A stretch of 64,000 nt of DNA from Octopus sinensis. Taxonomy: Eukaryota. Shown here in pieces: positions 11,731 to 24,019 of this stretch. The notes beneath the pieces were generated by a model. That model made no database searches. It saw nothing but the letters and a program-made list of their open reading frames with translations, and had not been told where the DNA came from. Numbering within the stretch: position 1 is the first letter of the stretch; every line of letters starts with the position of its first letter. Position numbers and translations under genes: made by a program. The stretch is taken from NCBI RefSeq assembly GCF_006345805.1, contig NC_043000.1:23250001-23314000 (forward strand), read 5' to 3'.

Positions 11731-13120
11731 TTAGCAGAACTGTTACAGCTGATAAAATTTCTTGCAGTATTTGTTTCACCTCTCTACAGTCTGAGTTCAA
11801 ATTCTGCCACAGTTAACTTTGCTTTTCAATCTTTTGGGGTCGGTGTGGTTGATAGATGAGGCAGCAATGTGAAGCAGTGGGCTGGAAAAATTGTTAAAGC
11901 ATGCAACAATAACATGAACTCAGAACATAAAGATAGATGAAATGCTGCTAAACATTTTCCTCGGTGTGCCAGCTCCCTGCCTCACATTAATATATAATAA
12001 TGTCATCCCTCGTATCAGAAATTCAGATCTAAAAATTGTTAACTGGAATACATGCAATATGATTAAAAGACTCAGCTGCACTCTACTGTACATCACATTA
12101 ATATTGAAATTAATCTTACTACAGGGAATGAATTCATTAAATAAATGTTTGATGGAACAAATTTAAAGTAGAAAAAATAAGCATGCAAAGATTTTCTATT
12201 TCAAGTCTGGAAATTGATTCTGTTATTGCAATTTCTGTTAACAAGTATACAAGAAGAACATGAATATTGGGGGAAAAATGCAATGAGAGAGAGAGAGAAG
12301 GAATTAATGTTTTTTTCATATCAGTTCTTTCAGTGTTCTCACAAGTTACTTTGAATTACACAGTAACATTATCACTCACTTCTCTATTTTCTTTGTAATG
12401 TTTTTATTGTGAATACAGAGACCAAAAATGGATAAGAAGTATCTGCTTTCATGGAGTTGTTTTACATAAGCTTTGTTAGCCATAGATACCACAGATTTAT
12501 ACTTTTCCCAAAGTCTTTCATAGTCTTCCCATAAAGAAGCAACTGTGATATAAAACTGGACATCTGATGGGTAGCTAAAGTACCCTTTGGCTCAGTAGCA
12601 TGCTTCCAATCAAGAAAGCTTGGCTACATCTCCTTTCATGTGTTCCACATTGCTATCATCCTTGACTCAAATTGCGACTTCTAAATCTGTTAAATCAGAA
12701 TGCATTGAGTCTATAAACCTTATCAAAATATTCAAATTCTGCAGCAGAAGTCGACACTTTGAGGGCATTTAGATTGAAGAATATGCAACATTTTCCATAG
12801 TCATAGCAAAGTTAATGCAGTGTGCTTATTGAAAGATGGATGATAAATGGCTGAATCTGCTTGGTGCATATGGGAAATAATGGAATGCAGAAATGCAGGA
12901 AACAAAAACCTAATAGATGATACCCGAAAGAAAAGAGTGTGGAAACAAAGCGAAAGTTACAAGGAAAAATGTTATTTATGGCGCTTGTCTGTTAATTCCT
13001 CTTTGATAAACTGGTGTGAAACAAATATTTGTGCTGAGGTTGTTCAGACAAAATGTGAAGGTCTATAATCATTATCATCATCATCATCATCATCATCATT
13101 TGTAATATTTTTATTGTGAA

Positions 13121-13333
13121 AGGTGGCAAGCTGGCATAAATGCTAGCACGCTGGGCGAAATGCTTGGTGGTATTTCATCTGTCTTTATGTTCTGAGTTCA
13201 AATTTTGCCAAGGTCAACTTTGCTTTTCATCCTTTCAGGGTCGATAAATTAAGTACCAGTTGTATATTGGGGTCGGTCTAATTGACTGGCCCCCTCCCCC
13301 AAAATTTCAAGTCTTGTGCCTAGAGTAGAAAAG
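13121..13333 (+). mobile_element. Second-family SINE with 17-bp TSD
   Basis: AATATTTTTATTGTGAA at 13104-13120 and 13334-13350. Confidence 0.9.
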
Positions 13334-13464
13334 AATATTTTTATTGTGAATACTGAGACCAACATGAATAAAAAGTATCTGCTTTCATGGAGTTCTCTTA
13401 CATAAGCTTTGTTAGCCATAGATACCACAGATTCATACTTTTCCCAAAGTCTGGATGCATTTTG

Positions 13465-13705
13465 CATGGCACCAGCATGGGTGCTTTTTATGTGACACCA
13501 GCATAGGTGTGTATTTTAGGTGGCACCAGCATGGGTGTTTGTTATGTGGCACCAGCATGGGTGCTTTTTACGAAGGATCAGCATGGATGTTTTTTATGTG
13601 AAACCAGCATGGGTGCTTTTACATGGGACCAGCATGGGTGCATTTTACGTGATACCAGTATGGGTGTTTTTTATGTGGAACCAGCATGGTTGCTTTTTAC
13701 GTGGG
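13465..13705. repeat. About 26-bp minisatellite, about nine units (GCACCAGCATGGGTGCTTTTTATGTG)
   Basis: Direct reading. The unit matches the reverse complement of the RTE UTR core. Confidence 0.85.
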
Positions 13706-13799
13706 CAACAGTGGTGGTGATGGGGGTTGACGTCAGTGGTGGTGGAAGCAGTGGCAGCAGCAATAGTTGTGGGGGCAGCAGCTGGGATAATAGTAGCAA

Positions 13800-14310
13800 C
13801 TAACCAGCCAGGATCCCTGGTCTGGTGGTACGTAAAAAGCACTATCCGACTCGTGGCCGTGGCACGTAAAATACTCCAATGCGACCGTACGACAGGCACC
13901 CATGCCAACCCCCTTTGCTTGTGAAGACATGTTGGGGCAAGCGAAATCGAAATCGAATTGAACCAGCCAGGATCCCTGGTCTGGTAGTACGTAAAAAGCA
14001 CTATCCGACTCGTGGCCGATGCCAGCACCGCCTCGACTGGCTTCCGTGCCGGTGGCACATAAAATACACCAATCCGACCGTGGCCGTTGCCAGCCTCGCC
14101 TGGCACCTGTGCAGGTGGCACGTAAAAAGCACCCACTACACTCACGGAGTGGTTGGCGTTAGGAAGGGCATCCAGCTGTAGAAACATTGCCAGATTAGAC
14201 TGGAGCCTGGTGCAGCCTTCTGGCTTCCCAGAACCCCGGTCGAACCGTCCAACCCATGCTAGCATGGAGAACGGACGTTAAACGATGATGATGATGATGA
14301 TGATGATGAT
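13800..14310 (+). mobile_element. RTE 3'UTR copy with a local about 55-bp duplication (13803 and 13963)
   Basis: Family motifs present. ACCAGCCAGGATCCCTGGTCTGGT.GTACGTAAAAAGCACTATCCGACTCGTGGCCG occurs twice. Confidence 0.85.
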
Positions 14311-14469
14311 GGCAGCGACAGTAGCAGCAGGAGCAGCTATGGTGACATTGGTGGCATCATAGGTTGTGGTGGTGATGGTGGTGATGATGATGATGATGAT
14401 TATCATAATTATAATTCGTTTCTAGGAAATAAAATGTCGATAATTTGATGCCATTCAAACCAATTTTTA

Positions 14470-15080
14470 GCAACTGTGTATCTTTCCCCATTTAAGATTC
14501 ACTCCTCTTAGCTAGCCTTCAATTGTTTTATGGCAAGTGTTCTTTGGCCTTTCAGGTTTCTGCTTTCCTCGAGGCATCTATCTTAATGCTACCTTGGTAC
14601 TTTGTTCCAATTCATTCTGTGTCCATGACCCAGCCATCTGATCTAACAACATTTTATTTCCGGGAATAATACTTGTGCAATCCATTTTGTACTACAGCTC
14701 TTCCTTTGACACTTTGTTTTATAATACAGGATATGACATAGGAATAATATAATATTATTAGAATATAATATTATAAATATAATATTATAGAATAATAAGA
14801 ATATTGTTCATATTGACCTGGAGGGTAGGCTGCCTCACACAAACATTCTCAGTTTTGTCCATAAGAGACAACCTCAAGGATAAACAAGATTTCATACAGT
14901 ACTATGCAACAATCATTAACATGCTAACATATTGTCTCCCAACTCTGTCTCCTCTACTTTTCCTCCAATAACCACTTTTCCTTTGAACTCACTGTCAACC
15001 TCTTCAAATTCTATTAAAAATCTGTTGAGATAAACTTTAAAATGACAACATTGCACTGCTAACACAGAAGTAAGGTACAA
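14470..15080 (-). mobile_element. Decayed RTE-like LINE fragment
   Basis: IRWLGHGHRMNWNKVP and downstream GKQKPERPKNT-like motifs. Confidence 0.6.
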
Positions 15081-15084
15081 TATT

Positions 15085-15930
15085 GATTTCATCATCATCA
15101 TCATTTAATGTCCATTGTCCATGCTGGTGTAGGTTGGATGGTTTGACCAGAGCTGGCAAGTTGGAAGGCTGCACCAGACTCCAGTCTGATTTGGCATGGT
15201 TTCTACAGCTGGATGCCCTTCCTAATACCAACCACTCCGAGAGTGTAATGGGTGCTTTTACATGCCACTGGCATGGGTGCCATTTGCATGACACCAGTAT
15301 CTGCCACAACTGCGATTTTGTTTGGCATGATGGGTCTTCTTCTCAAGCACAACATAATGCCAAAGATCTCAGTCATTCCCACTGTAAGGCCCATCACTCA
15401 AAAGGTGCTTTTTACGTGCCACTAACACAGGTGCAAGTATGTGGCACCAGCAATGACTACGATTGCAATTGGCTTGAAGGGCCTTCTTCTCAAGCACAAT
15501 ATAATGCCAAAGGTCTCAGTCATGGCCTCAAAAGCTCAGCCACTTTGCCTCCGTGAGGTCCAATGCTCAAAAGATGCTTTTTACATGTCACCAACACAGG
15601 TGCCAGTTATGTAACACCAGTATCAGCCATGACTACAATTTCACTTGGCTTGACATAATACCAAAGTTCTCAGTCATAGCCTCCATGAGGTCCAACATTC
15701 GAAAGGAGCTCAGCCACTTTGCCTCCGTGAGGTCCAATGTACAAAGAATGCTTTTTACATGCCATCAACACAGGTGGAACCAGCATCAGCCACGACTACA
15801 ATTTCACTTGGCTTGACGGGCCTTCTTAAGCACAGCATTTCTCCAAAGGTCTCGGAGGCCCAGAGTCCGAAGATCATACTTCACCACCTAGTCCCATGTC
15901 TTCTTCAGTTTGCCTCTACCACAGATCCAT
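15085..15930 (-). mobile_element. RTE 3' end with tandemly reiterated ORF-end/UTR junction
   Basis: ICGRGKLKKTWD*VVKYDLRTLG..RDLWRNAVLKKARQAK* at the right end. The AAGCCAAGTGAAATTGTAGTC-type junction recurs about four times. Confidence 0.75.
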
Positions 15931-16114
15931 CCACAGTTAGAGATTGGCACTTCTTTGATATACTTGGCTGTATATTATGGTTGCAAAACGAAATACTGTG
16001 TCCTTGTTAGCAATTAATAAAACTTTATAGTTGTTACTGTTGAATTTCAGATTAGTCCTGACTGAGCAGACCTACCATCGAAAGGATTCCAACCATGACC
16101 ATCCTGTCATTTAA

Positions 16115-17391
16115 CCCTTTCGTTACCAAACCGCCCAAAGCCGCCTGAAAAAAATTTTGGTTTATGAAACCAAACCGCCGAATTTACCTATTCATATTTA
16201 AATGAGAATATCAGAGCAAATCTCTTCAGTACATTCGTGAAAAACACGTATTATACTTCGTAAGTGTTCAACTACAGTTTTGTACAATAATCGAAGTGTA
16301 ATTTTAATTCCGTGAATTTTGGGAGATTTTTTTCCGATTTGTTCCTATTGTGTTTTCAAAATTGTAATTCTGACAAAAAATGGATACGAATTTCATTATA
16401 TCAGCAGCGAGTCAGAATTCGAAGGATATTCTACTGAAGACCTTCATAAATCTACTCTATGACTGAAAAAAAAAGCACATGGTATTTGATAAGAATCTGA
16501 TGTTTTCATTTCCGAAAGTGAAAACAGTGAATCTGAGATCTCCGATAGCGATAAAGAAAACGAATTGGCACCTGAATGGAGTGAAAATTTAAAAACTGTT
16601 TCTTTCGGTGATTTTTCTGAAGAAGAAACTGGACCAAGCCACAGACTTTCCCAGAAGGTAAAGCCTTAGACAATTTCTATTTACTTTTTCGACTGAGCCT
16701 ATTTGAAATCATTACGGCAAAAGAAAACGAACCATTACGCTAAACGTAAACAAAGCGAAAGAAAGGATAGTTTGTTATTTCCACAACCTTAAATGAAATT
16801 AGGCCTATTTTGCCATAAATATTATTATGGGTATCAGAAGTTACCCAGAATAACAAATTCTATCGTAAAATTTTGTTGTATACCCAATGAATATTAGCTA
16901 ATATTTTCTATAGCGATGTTTGAACAAAATTTTAATAATTTTATATTTTGTGGAATTTACCTGTATCTACCTGCAATAGAGTCACTTGTGACAAAATTAT
17001 AGTATAGAATTGGTTTTTTTTTTTTTTGTACTTGTTCAGTCATTTGACTGCGCTATGCTGAGGAGCACCGCCTTTTAGAGTGGTGAAAGAGTACAGCAGG
17101 TCCCACCATCCCCTGCCGAGGCCTCGTGGAGCTTTTAGGTGTTTTCGCTCAATAAACACACACAACGCCCGTCTGGGATCGAAACCGCGATCCTCCGACC
17201 GCAAGTTCCGCTGCCCTAACCACTGGGCCATTGAATATTTCATTAAATTATATTCCAAAAATCAGATTAATATATCGCTAAATAAAAAAGTTATAGTTGT
17301 TAATGAAACCAGACTAAATTTATGATTACGTTAGAAATTAATTGAAACACATAAGGGGTGTAATTTGGTCAGAAATATAGTAACGAAAGGG
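16115..17391 (+). mobile_element. Non-autonomous piggyBac with transposase N-terminal relic and nested SINE
   Basis: TTAA|CCCTTTCGTTAC ... GTAACGAAAGGG|TTAA. Acidic SESEFEGYS/SDSDKENE region, then TNHYAK and IIMG(I)..LP motifs across frameshifts. Confidence 0.9.
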
Positions 17392-17802
17392 TTAAGGGCA
17401 TGTAAGACTACATTAGTCACAGGATCATTTCCTTTTTCATGAGTCTAGGATATGATTTGAGGGAAAATTGGCTGCTGCTTCTTGCAGGTTGAGTGACATC
17501 ACATATGAGTCTCTTGTTAGTTCATAAGTTTATAGTGTACTTAAGGCTACCAGTTGCAATCCACTGATAACCTAACAATATAGCACTCTATGGAAATATG
17601 AATTTAGCTTGCCTTGTCTTGCTTTGTACCATTCAAACATGTTTGATATTTTTCCTCTCTTTCTTTCATCATTTAAACAGTATCTCACTCAATCCTTTGA
17701 TCCAGTACTAAACACTCTGCTTGATTTTTCTTCTCTCAAACTGTGACCCTCAAGAATTCCTTCTCAGTCAATCATTTTCTCCAAACATCAATCTCTTTTA
17801 CT

Positions 17803-18212
17803 TTTTTACTCTTTTACTTGTTTCAGTCATTTGACTGCAGCCATGCTGGAGCACTGCCTTTAATCGAGCAAATCGACCCCAGGACTTATTTTTTGTAAGC
17901 CTAGTACTTACTTATTCTATTGGTCTCTTTTGCCGAAGTACTAAGTTTACGGGGATGTAAACACACCAGCATCGGTTGTCAAGCGATGTTGGGGTGACAA
18001 ACACAGACACACAAGCACATACAAACAAACACACACACACACACATATATATGACGGGCTTCTTTCATTTTCCGTCTACCAAATCCACTCACAAGGCTTT
18101 GGTCGGCCCGAGGCTATAGTAGAAGACACTTACCCAAGGTGCCACGCAGTGGGACTGAACCCGGAACCATGTGGTTGGTAAGCAAGCTACTTACCACACA
18201 GCCACTCCTGCA
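17803..18212 (-). mobile_element. CORE-type SINE copy
   Basis: Reverse complement of the family consensus. Confidence 0.85.
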
Positions 18213-18477
18213 ATAAAATAAAAGGAAATTTGAAATGTTTTATCTATTTTTAGTTGCTACATTTAATAGCATGTAAGGGCACAAGGCCCAGTGGGTAGGG
18301 TGCTGCGCTCACAATTGTAGGGGTCATGGCTTCATATTCCCAGACTATATGGTGAAAAACACTTCATCTCATATTTCTCTGTGATCACTTTGACACCTGA
18401 CGTGTGGTAGACCATGCACCTGTTCAGGCAATATCAATTTGATGGAGGGGGTGAGTTAATATACAGCATAAATATTG

Positions 18478-18745
18478 GATCATCATCATATTCATCATCA
18501 TCATTGTTTAACGTCCGTTTTCCATGCTAGCATGGGTTGGATGGTTCAACCGGGGTCTGGGAAGCCTGGAGGCTGCACGAGGCTCCAGTCTGATCTGGTA
18601 GTGTTTCTACAGCTTGATGCCCTTCCTAATGCCAACCACTTCGTGAGTGTAGTGGGTGCTTTTTATGTGTCACCGGCACAGGTGTCAAGGGAGACTGGCA
18701 ACAGCCACGATTGGTTGGTGCTTTTTACGTGCCACCGGCATGTAA
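18478..18745 (-). mobile_element. RTE 3'UTR copy
   Basis: Family motifs and (CAT)n tail. Confidence 0.85.
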
Positions 18746-18951
18746 ACAAATCATTTGTGCAGGTTATTCAGCAAGAAATTGCAGAATTGTCCTTTCCAGA
18801 ATATGTGAGTCTACTATCATTTAATAGCATATAAGATGCACTCTTTTTCTAAAAAAAATCTCAAAAATTCACCCCAGATCTTATATGCAAAGTTGGACCT
18901 ATATCAAATGCTTTAATGCCCTCAAACCACTTTTTTCTCTTTTTTTTCCAG

Positions 18952-19051
18952 ATTATGCACTGCTGAAATCAGGGTGTGTTTAATAAGCCCATGTGTTTTG
19001 ATGCCATCCAATATAAAACTATATTTGCCATTGGTATATAGGTATTTTCAG
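18952..19051 (+). CDS. Candidate 100-bp exon, gene unknown
   Basis: Long pyrimidine tract ending CCAG and donor CAG|GTGAGT. One open frame, LCTAEIRVCLISPCVLMPSNIKLYLPLVYRYFQ. May be non-coding. Confidence 0.3.
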
Positions 19052-19117
19052 GTGAGTAAAAATTTTAATTGAAAGATGAAAATTATTGTACATGATGAAT
19101 AAGAGCAGTATCGAAAT

Positions 19118-19576
19118 CAAACTCGGTGACTGGCATCTATTGCTAGTGGAGCGCTAAGAGTACCATACGAGGGAGATCATTGCCAGAGCAACAAGCTGGT
19201 CTTCGTGTCGATGGCACGTTAAAAATACCATTCGAGCATGATCATTACCTGCGTCGCCTTACTAGCACTTGTGCTGGTGGCATGTGAAAAAAACATTTGA
19301 GTGAGGTTGTTGCAAGTGCCGCTGGACTTGCTCCTGTGCAGATGGCACATGAAAAGCACCATTTGAGCGTGGCCATTGCCAGTACCACCTGACTGGCCTC
19401 GTGCTGGTGGCACGTAAAAACACCCACTACACTCTTGGAGTGGTTGGTGTTAGGAAGGGCATCCAGCTGTAGAAACTCTGCCAGATCAGATTGGAGTCTG
19501 ATTCACCAGACCTAAGTCAAATTGTCCAACCCATGCTAACATGGAAAGCGGACGTTAAACGATGATGATGATGATG
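19118..19576 (+). mobile_element. RTE 3'UTR copy with several modules
   Basis: Family motifs and (GAT)n tail. Confidence 0.85.
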
Positions 19577-19594
19577 AACCCCTATACTAAAACA

Positions 19595-19635
<41 letters not shown>

Positions 19636-19649
19636 GGAACCTCATGCTA

Positions 19650-20030
19650 CAAGAACCTTCACTGTTGCCTCAACTACTAGACCTCATTATCATTCTCTCC
19701 AAGTAAAGTCACAGCTTTGACATAACTAATACTACATCTCAGCAACTGGCTTCTTTTACAGAGTGAAGGAATACTTCAATCTCAAACAACTACAAACTCT
19801 TTACAAGACTCAAGTGAAACTCACAAATCTCAGAGATCCTATTTCTGAGATGATGGTGCTGGTATAGACACAGACATCTTCAACCACATAGAAAGAAATG
19901 TCACTTGACTGAGTGGTGTGAGACCACTCACAAACACACTCCACACTTCACACTCTGACCCATGGACATGCTATCTCTTCTTCCTATTTCAAAAGCAAAC
20001 TTCTTAAGCATGCAGCCATATCTGTGCCTA
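19650..20030 (+). mobile_element. CR1/L2-like LINE RT C-terminal relic
   Basis: ATGFFYRVKEYFNLKQLQTLYKTQVK and DGAGIDTDIFNHIERNV resemble LG.L.R..KYF...L.TLYKAQVRP..WDGA. Confidence 0.55.
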
Positions 20031-21044
20031 TTTCAATATTTCTTTCCCTTTTAGGGTCACGAGCTGGCTGAATTGTTAGCACATCAGGCAAAATGATTAA
20101 TGGCATTCGTCTGTCTTTATATTCTGTGTTCAAATTCCACCAAGGTTGACTTTGCCTTTCTTCCTTTCAGGGTTGATAAAATAAGTACCAGTTGAACACT
20201 GGGGTTGTTGATGTAATCACCTTACCCACTTCCTTGAAATTGCTGGCCTTGTACCAAAATTTGAAACCAATATTTCTTTCTCCTTTTAAGACAGAGGGTA
20301 TGATTTGAGGGTGATTTGTTTGCTATTTCTAGAAAAATCAAGTAACCACATATAGGCCTTGTTTTTTGTTTATCTAGATCAGCATAGAAGTGAGATTTGA
20401 AATATATAGAGAAATGAATAGAAGTATTTAAATTTTTTCTTTTTCTTGTCACTCACATTCATCACAGAGAATAATTTTTTTCCATTTTCCAATAAAATAT
20501 TTTACTTGTTTATTGTGTTTTGAATCTATTGTATTTTGAAAATGTTTATTATGCCTTTCCAAAGGCAAATATAGATTTAGCTAAGAAAGAAATATTTAAT
20601 TTAAACTCTCAGTATATTGTATTAGTTACTGATATTTGAGAGAAATGATGGCCAGTGAAGGAGTTCCTGAGGGTTGCAGTTTGAGAGAAGAACAATCAAA
20701 TAAGATGTTTTTCCCTTTCAAGATGGTGGGACTGAGTTATATGTAAAGTCCCCTATGTTGGTTCAGTTCATATGTCTTGAGGCTTTAATAGTGGCAACCT
20801 CCAGAAATGCGTCGGGTACATTTGCTTATACTGTCTCAGTTTCTGTTCTTACATTTATTTCTGGTTGTGGAAAATATATTTTGTTTTATTCTCAGAGTTC
20901 TGAGTTCCAAGTGCCAAAGATCATCTTCACTTTAGCAGTTAATAAATAGAGTTCCATTTGTTATTGTTTAGCCTGATTAACCAAACTTATAAAGGCACTC
21001 CAACTGTGACCATGCCAACATTTTAAGGGTGTGTCTAGGAGTAC

Positions 21045-21490
21045 ATCATCATCATCATCATCATCATCATCATTTAATGTCCACTTTCCATGCTGGCATA
21101 GGTTGGACATTTAACGTCCACTTTCCATGCTGGCATGGGTTGGCCATTTAATGTCCACTTTCCATGCTGGCATGGGTTGCACCATGCTTCAATCTGATCT
21201 GGTAAGGTTTCTACATCTGGATGTCCTTCCTTATGCCAACCACTCCAAGAGTGTAGTGGCTGCTTCTTACATGCCACCGGCAGGTGGTACTGGCATCAAC
21301 CATGCTCAAATGGTATTTTTTATGTGCCACTGGTACAGGAGCCAGTCAAGAAGCACTGGCAATGACCATGCTTGAATGGAGCTTTTTACATGCCACCGGC
21401 ATGAGACCAGTCAGGTGTCATTGGCATCGACTACACTCACATGTTGCTTTTTACATGCCACCAGCATGGGAGCCAGTTCAGTGGGACTAG
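21045..21490 (-). mobile_element. RTE 3'UTR copy with triplicated 37-bp terminus
   Basis: CATTTAATGTCCACTTTCCATGCTGGCAT(A/G)GGTTG three times at 21071, 21108 and 21145. Confidence 0.85.
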
Positions 21491-21894
21491 CATAATGTAA
21501 CTTTCCTTATTTAAGATAATGAGTACAATTATTTGGTGGAAATTTAGCTGTTATTTTTAACATGTTAAGTAGCCACATAGAGACTTCTGAATTAGCTTGA
21601 GGGAATCCCAGTAACATACAAGCATGTTTGTGTTACAGAAGTGTAATGTTGAATTCCCATAACACGAAGCTTCTTTCCCATTTATTACCATGCTACATGG
21701 AAGTTGTAGGCATAGTTTAGTTGAATAGTTAAGATGTTTGCTTTGCAACCATGAGGATTCCGGTTCAATCTCACTGCATAGCATCTTGGGCAAATGTCAG
21801 GTTATAAGTGTAACTAGGTGACAAAAATACTATAGAAGACTGTCAGATGGGTTGTAGAAGTAATTCATAAGCTACAGTCTTGTCAGAGATTCTG

Positions 21895-22416
21895 TCTGAG
21901 AATCACATCAAGGGTACACATGTCTGTAATGATATGCATGAGATCTGGTCATCAAATCTAAGTAGAGATTTCAAACTTAAAATCTTCAAAGCCACAGTCG
22001 AACCAATTCTACTATATGGCTCAGAAACCTGGATGTTATCAAAGAAGCTTGAGAGACAGTTGGATGGAACTTATACTTGCCTCCTTATGAGAGCTCAAAA
22101 TATCTCATGGAAGCTTCATCCAACCAAAGTACAAATATATGGGAAATTACCACCTGTATCATCTCTTGTGAAAGGTAGAAGAGTCCAGTTTGCTGGACAT
22201 TGTTGTAGAGCTGAAAACGAGGTAATTTCTACTCTTCTCCTCTAGAAGCCATCTGCTCACGATACCAGAGGGCGCACACTCTCCTATCCTGATGTAATCT
22301 CCAGGGATACAGGCATCCAGCAACAGGACCTCCGTAGTGCTATGATGGACTGTGAAGTCTGGCGTAACATAGTAAATTCCATTATCTCGACCACGGTTGA
22401 ACAATGATGATGATGA
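21895..22416 (+). mobile_element. RTE-like LINE 3' end with (TGA)n tail
   Basis: KLKIFKATVEPILLYGSETW, RRVQFAGHCCR, VWRNIV, then TGATGATGATGA at about 22405. Confidence 0.85.
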
Positions 22417-22697
22417 CACATGTCTGTGGAATGCTCTTCTATTTACCTGTTAATTCAGGAGCAGGTAATTCAGATGATTAAAGGAATTCTCACCATCAAA
22501 AAGATAAACCACCACCACCACTACATGAAGGTCAATGAACATGAAAGTCATAAGAAAATACATTTCATGTTAAGGAATCCACATTATGACAAGACTACCA
22601 GGAAAGCAGCACTACCATAATGCAGGGTTTGCCTGTACTCAGGTTGACTAAATGACTGTATCTCTTCCCTGTTATATTATAGACCAAGTGCTAAGGT

Positions 22698-22743
<46 letters not shown>

Positions 22744-22868
22744 GATTACACCGATCCCAGTGTTCAAGTGGTACTTATTTTATTGACTCCCTAAAGGATG
22801 AAAGGTAAAGTCAACCTTGACAGAATTTAATAATAATTATAATGATAATGATAATGATAATAATAATG

Positions 22869-22917
<49 letters not shown>

Positions 22918-22919
<2 letters not shown>

Positions 22920-23255
22920 GCATCTCAAGGTGACTACAGTACCAGTGATTGCAGGACCTCTAGGAATGATAAAAAAAGGTACTGAAACCTATTTGAAAAT
23001 GATACCAGGCTTACCATCCCTACAGGAAGTGCAAAAAATCATGTTAACTGGAACGGCTCATGTACTGAGAAGAGCATTATCGCTGCGAAAACAACATCCA
23101 TTCATGAATTTATTTATTCATTCATTTTTTAAATACATATTTTACCTGTGAATTTGCATGTGTAATCTGGGAATGCATACAATGAGCTTCTCTGCCCTAG
23201 GTGTACGGAAAACACTCGGCGAGAAACAGAAGAAAATTTGAAGAATGAAGGAAAA
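22918..23255 (+). mobile_element. R4/Dong-clade (restriction-like endonuclease) retrotransposon 3' end inside (TAA)n
   Basis: WHLKVTTVPVIAGPLGMI..LQEVQKIMLTGTAHVLRRALS. (AAT)n tracts on both sides (about 22820-22918 and 23255-23352). Confidence 0.8.
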
Positions 23256-23293
23256 ATAATAATAATAATAATAATAATAATATAATAATAATA

Positions 23294-23352
<59 letters not shown>

Positions 23353-23379
23353 TTGTATACAGTATTCAAGTGCAATACA

Positions 23380-23680
23380 GCTGGTCAGAAAAGGGTCAAA
23401 GAGGTGACAGAAAGTAGCAATAAACCAAATAAAAAAGATAGCAATTATTGCCAGAAGTACTTTTATTGTATATAGAATAAAACAAAAACACGGAAAAGTG
23501 AACAGCAAAAAGAGGAAAGAGTACATATCTATGTCAAGAGTCACACTAGCAAATTTCAAGAAACAGGAAACTTTGGAAGGATGCAATGTTCTGACAGCTA
23601 ACAACCAGTGTGGGTAGTTTATTCCATGCTTTGACAATTCTAAGCAGGGAAAAAATGTTTCGAAAAATGAGAGGTGTTGC
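23380..23680 (-). mobile_element. CR1-like LINE 3' fragment
   Basis: FSLLRIVKAWNKLPTLVVS..IASF, resembling the CR1 terminal RVV..WN.LP motif. Confidence 0.6.
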
Positions 23681-24019
23681 ATGTTTTTTTGGGTTTTTTA
23701 AAATTTTTAAGTGCATCTACAGGTAGCAGAGATGCTGAATCGAAAAGGGTGGCCAAAGTTGTTGTAAACATTGTGGATAATCTTGGGGACTTCTACCAAG
23801 TTAGTTGCTAAGCATCAAAAACTTTAGTGTGTTGATAACCAGAGAAGCAATACATTCAATATATGATTAGTAACTGAGGAAGGGCATTCATGTGGCTGCA
23901 CATCTTTGAATAGCTTTCAGTAAATTGATATTCTGGACAAGATAGGAATTCTCGATTGGAGATCTGGCTGGCTTCTGGCTTCATGCTCTTGCTTGATGGA
24001 GCTGGGGTCATTCCTAGTT

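Noticed and set aside
11420-11859. Poly-Glu, poly-Lys and poly-Leu ORFs
   Set aside because: Translations of a (CAT)n(GAA)n microsatellite at a LINE terminus.
13645-14265. 206-aa minus-strand ORF and similar MLAWVG/LQLDALPNANHS ORFs throughout
   Set aside because: Antisense readings of the non-coding RTE 3'UTR, recurring in every copy with different stops.
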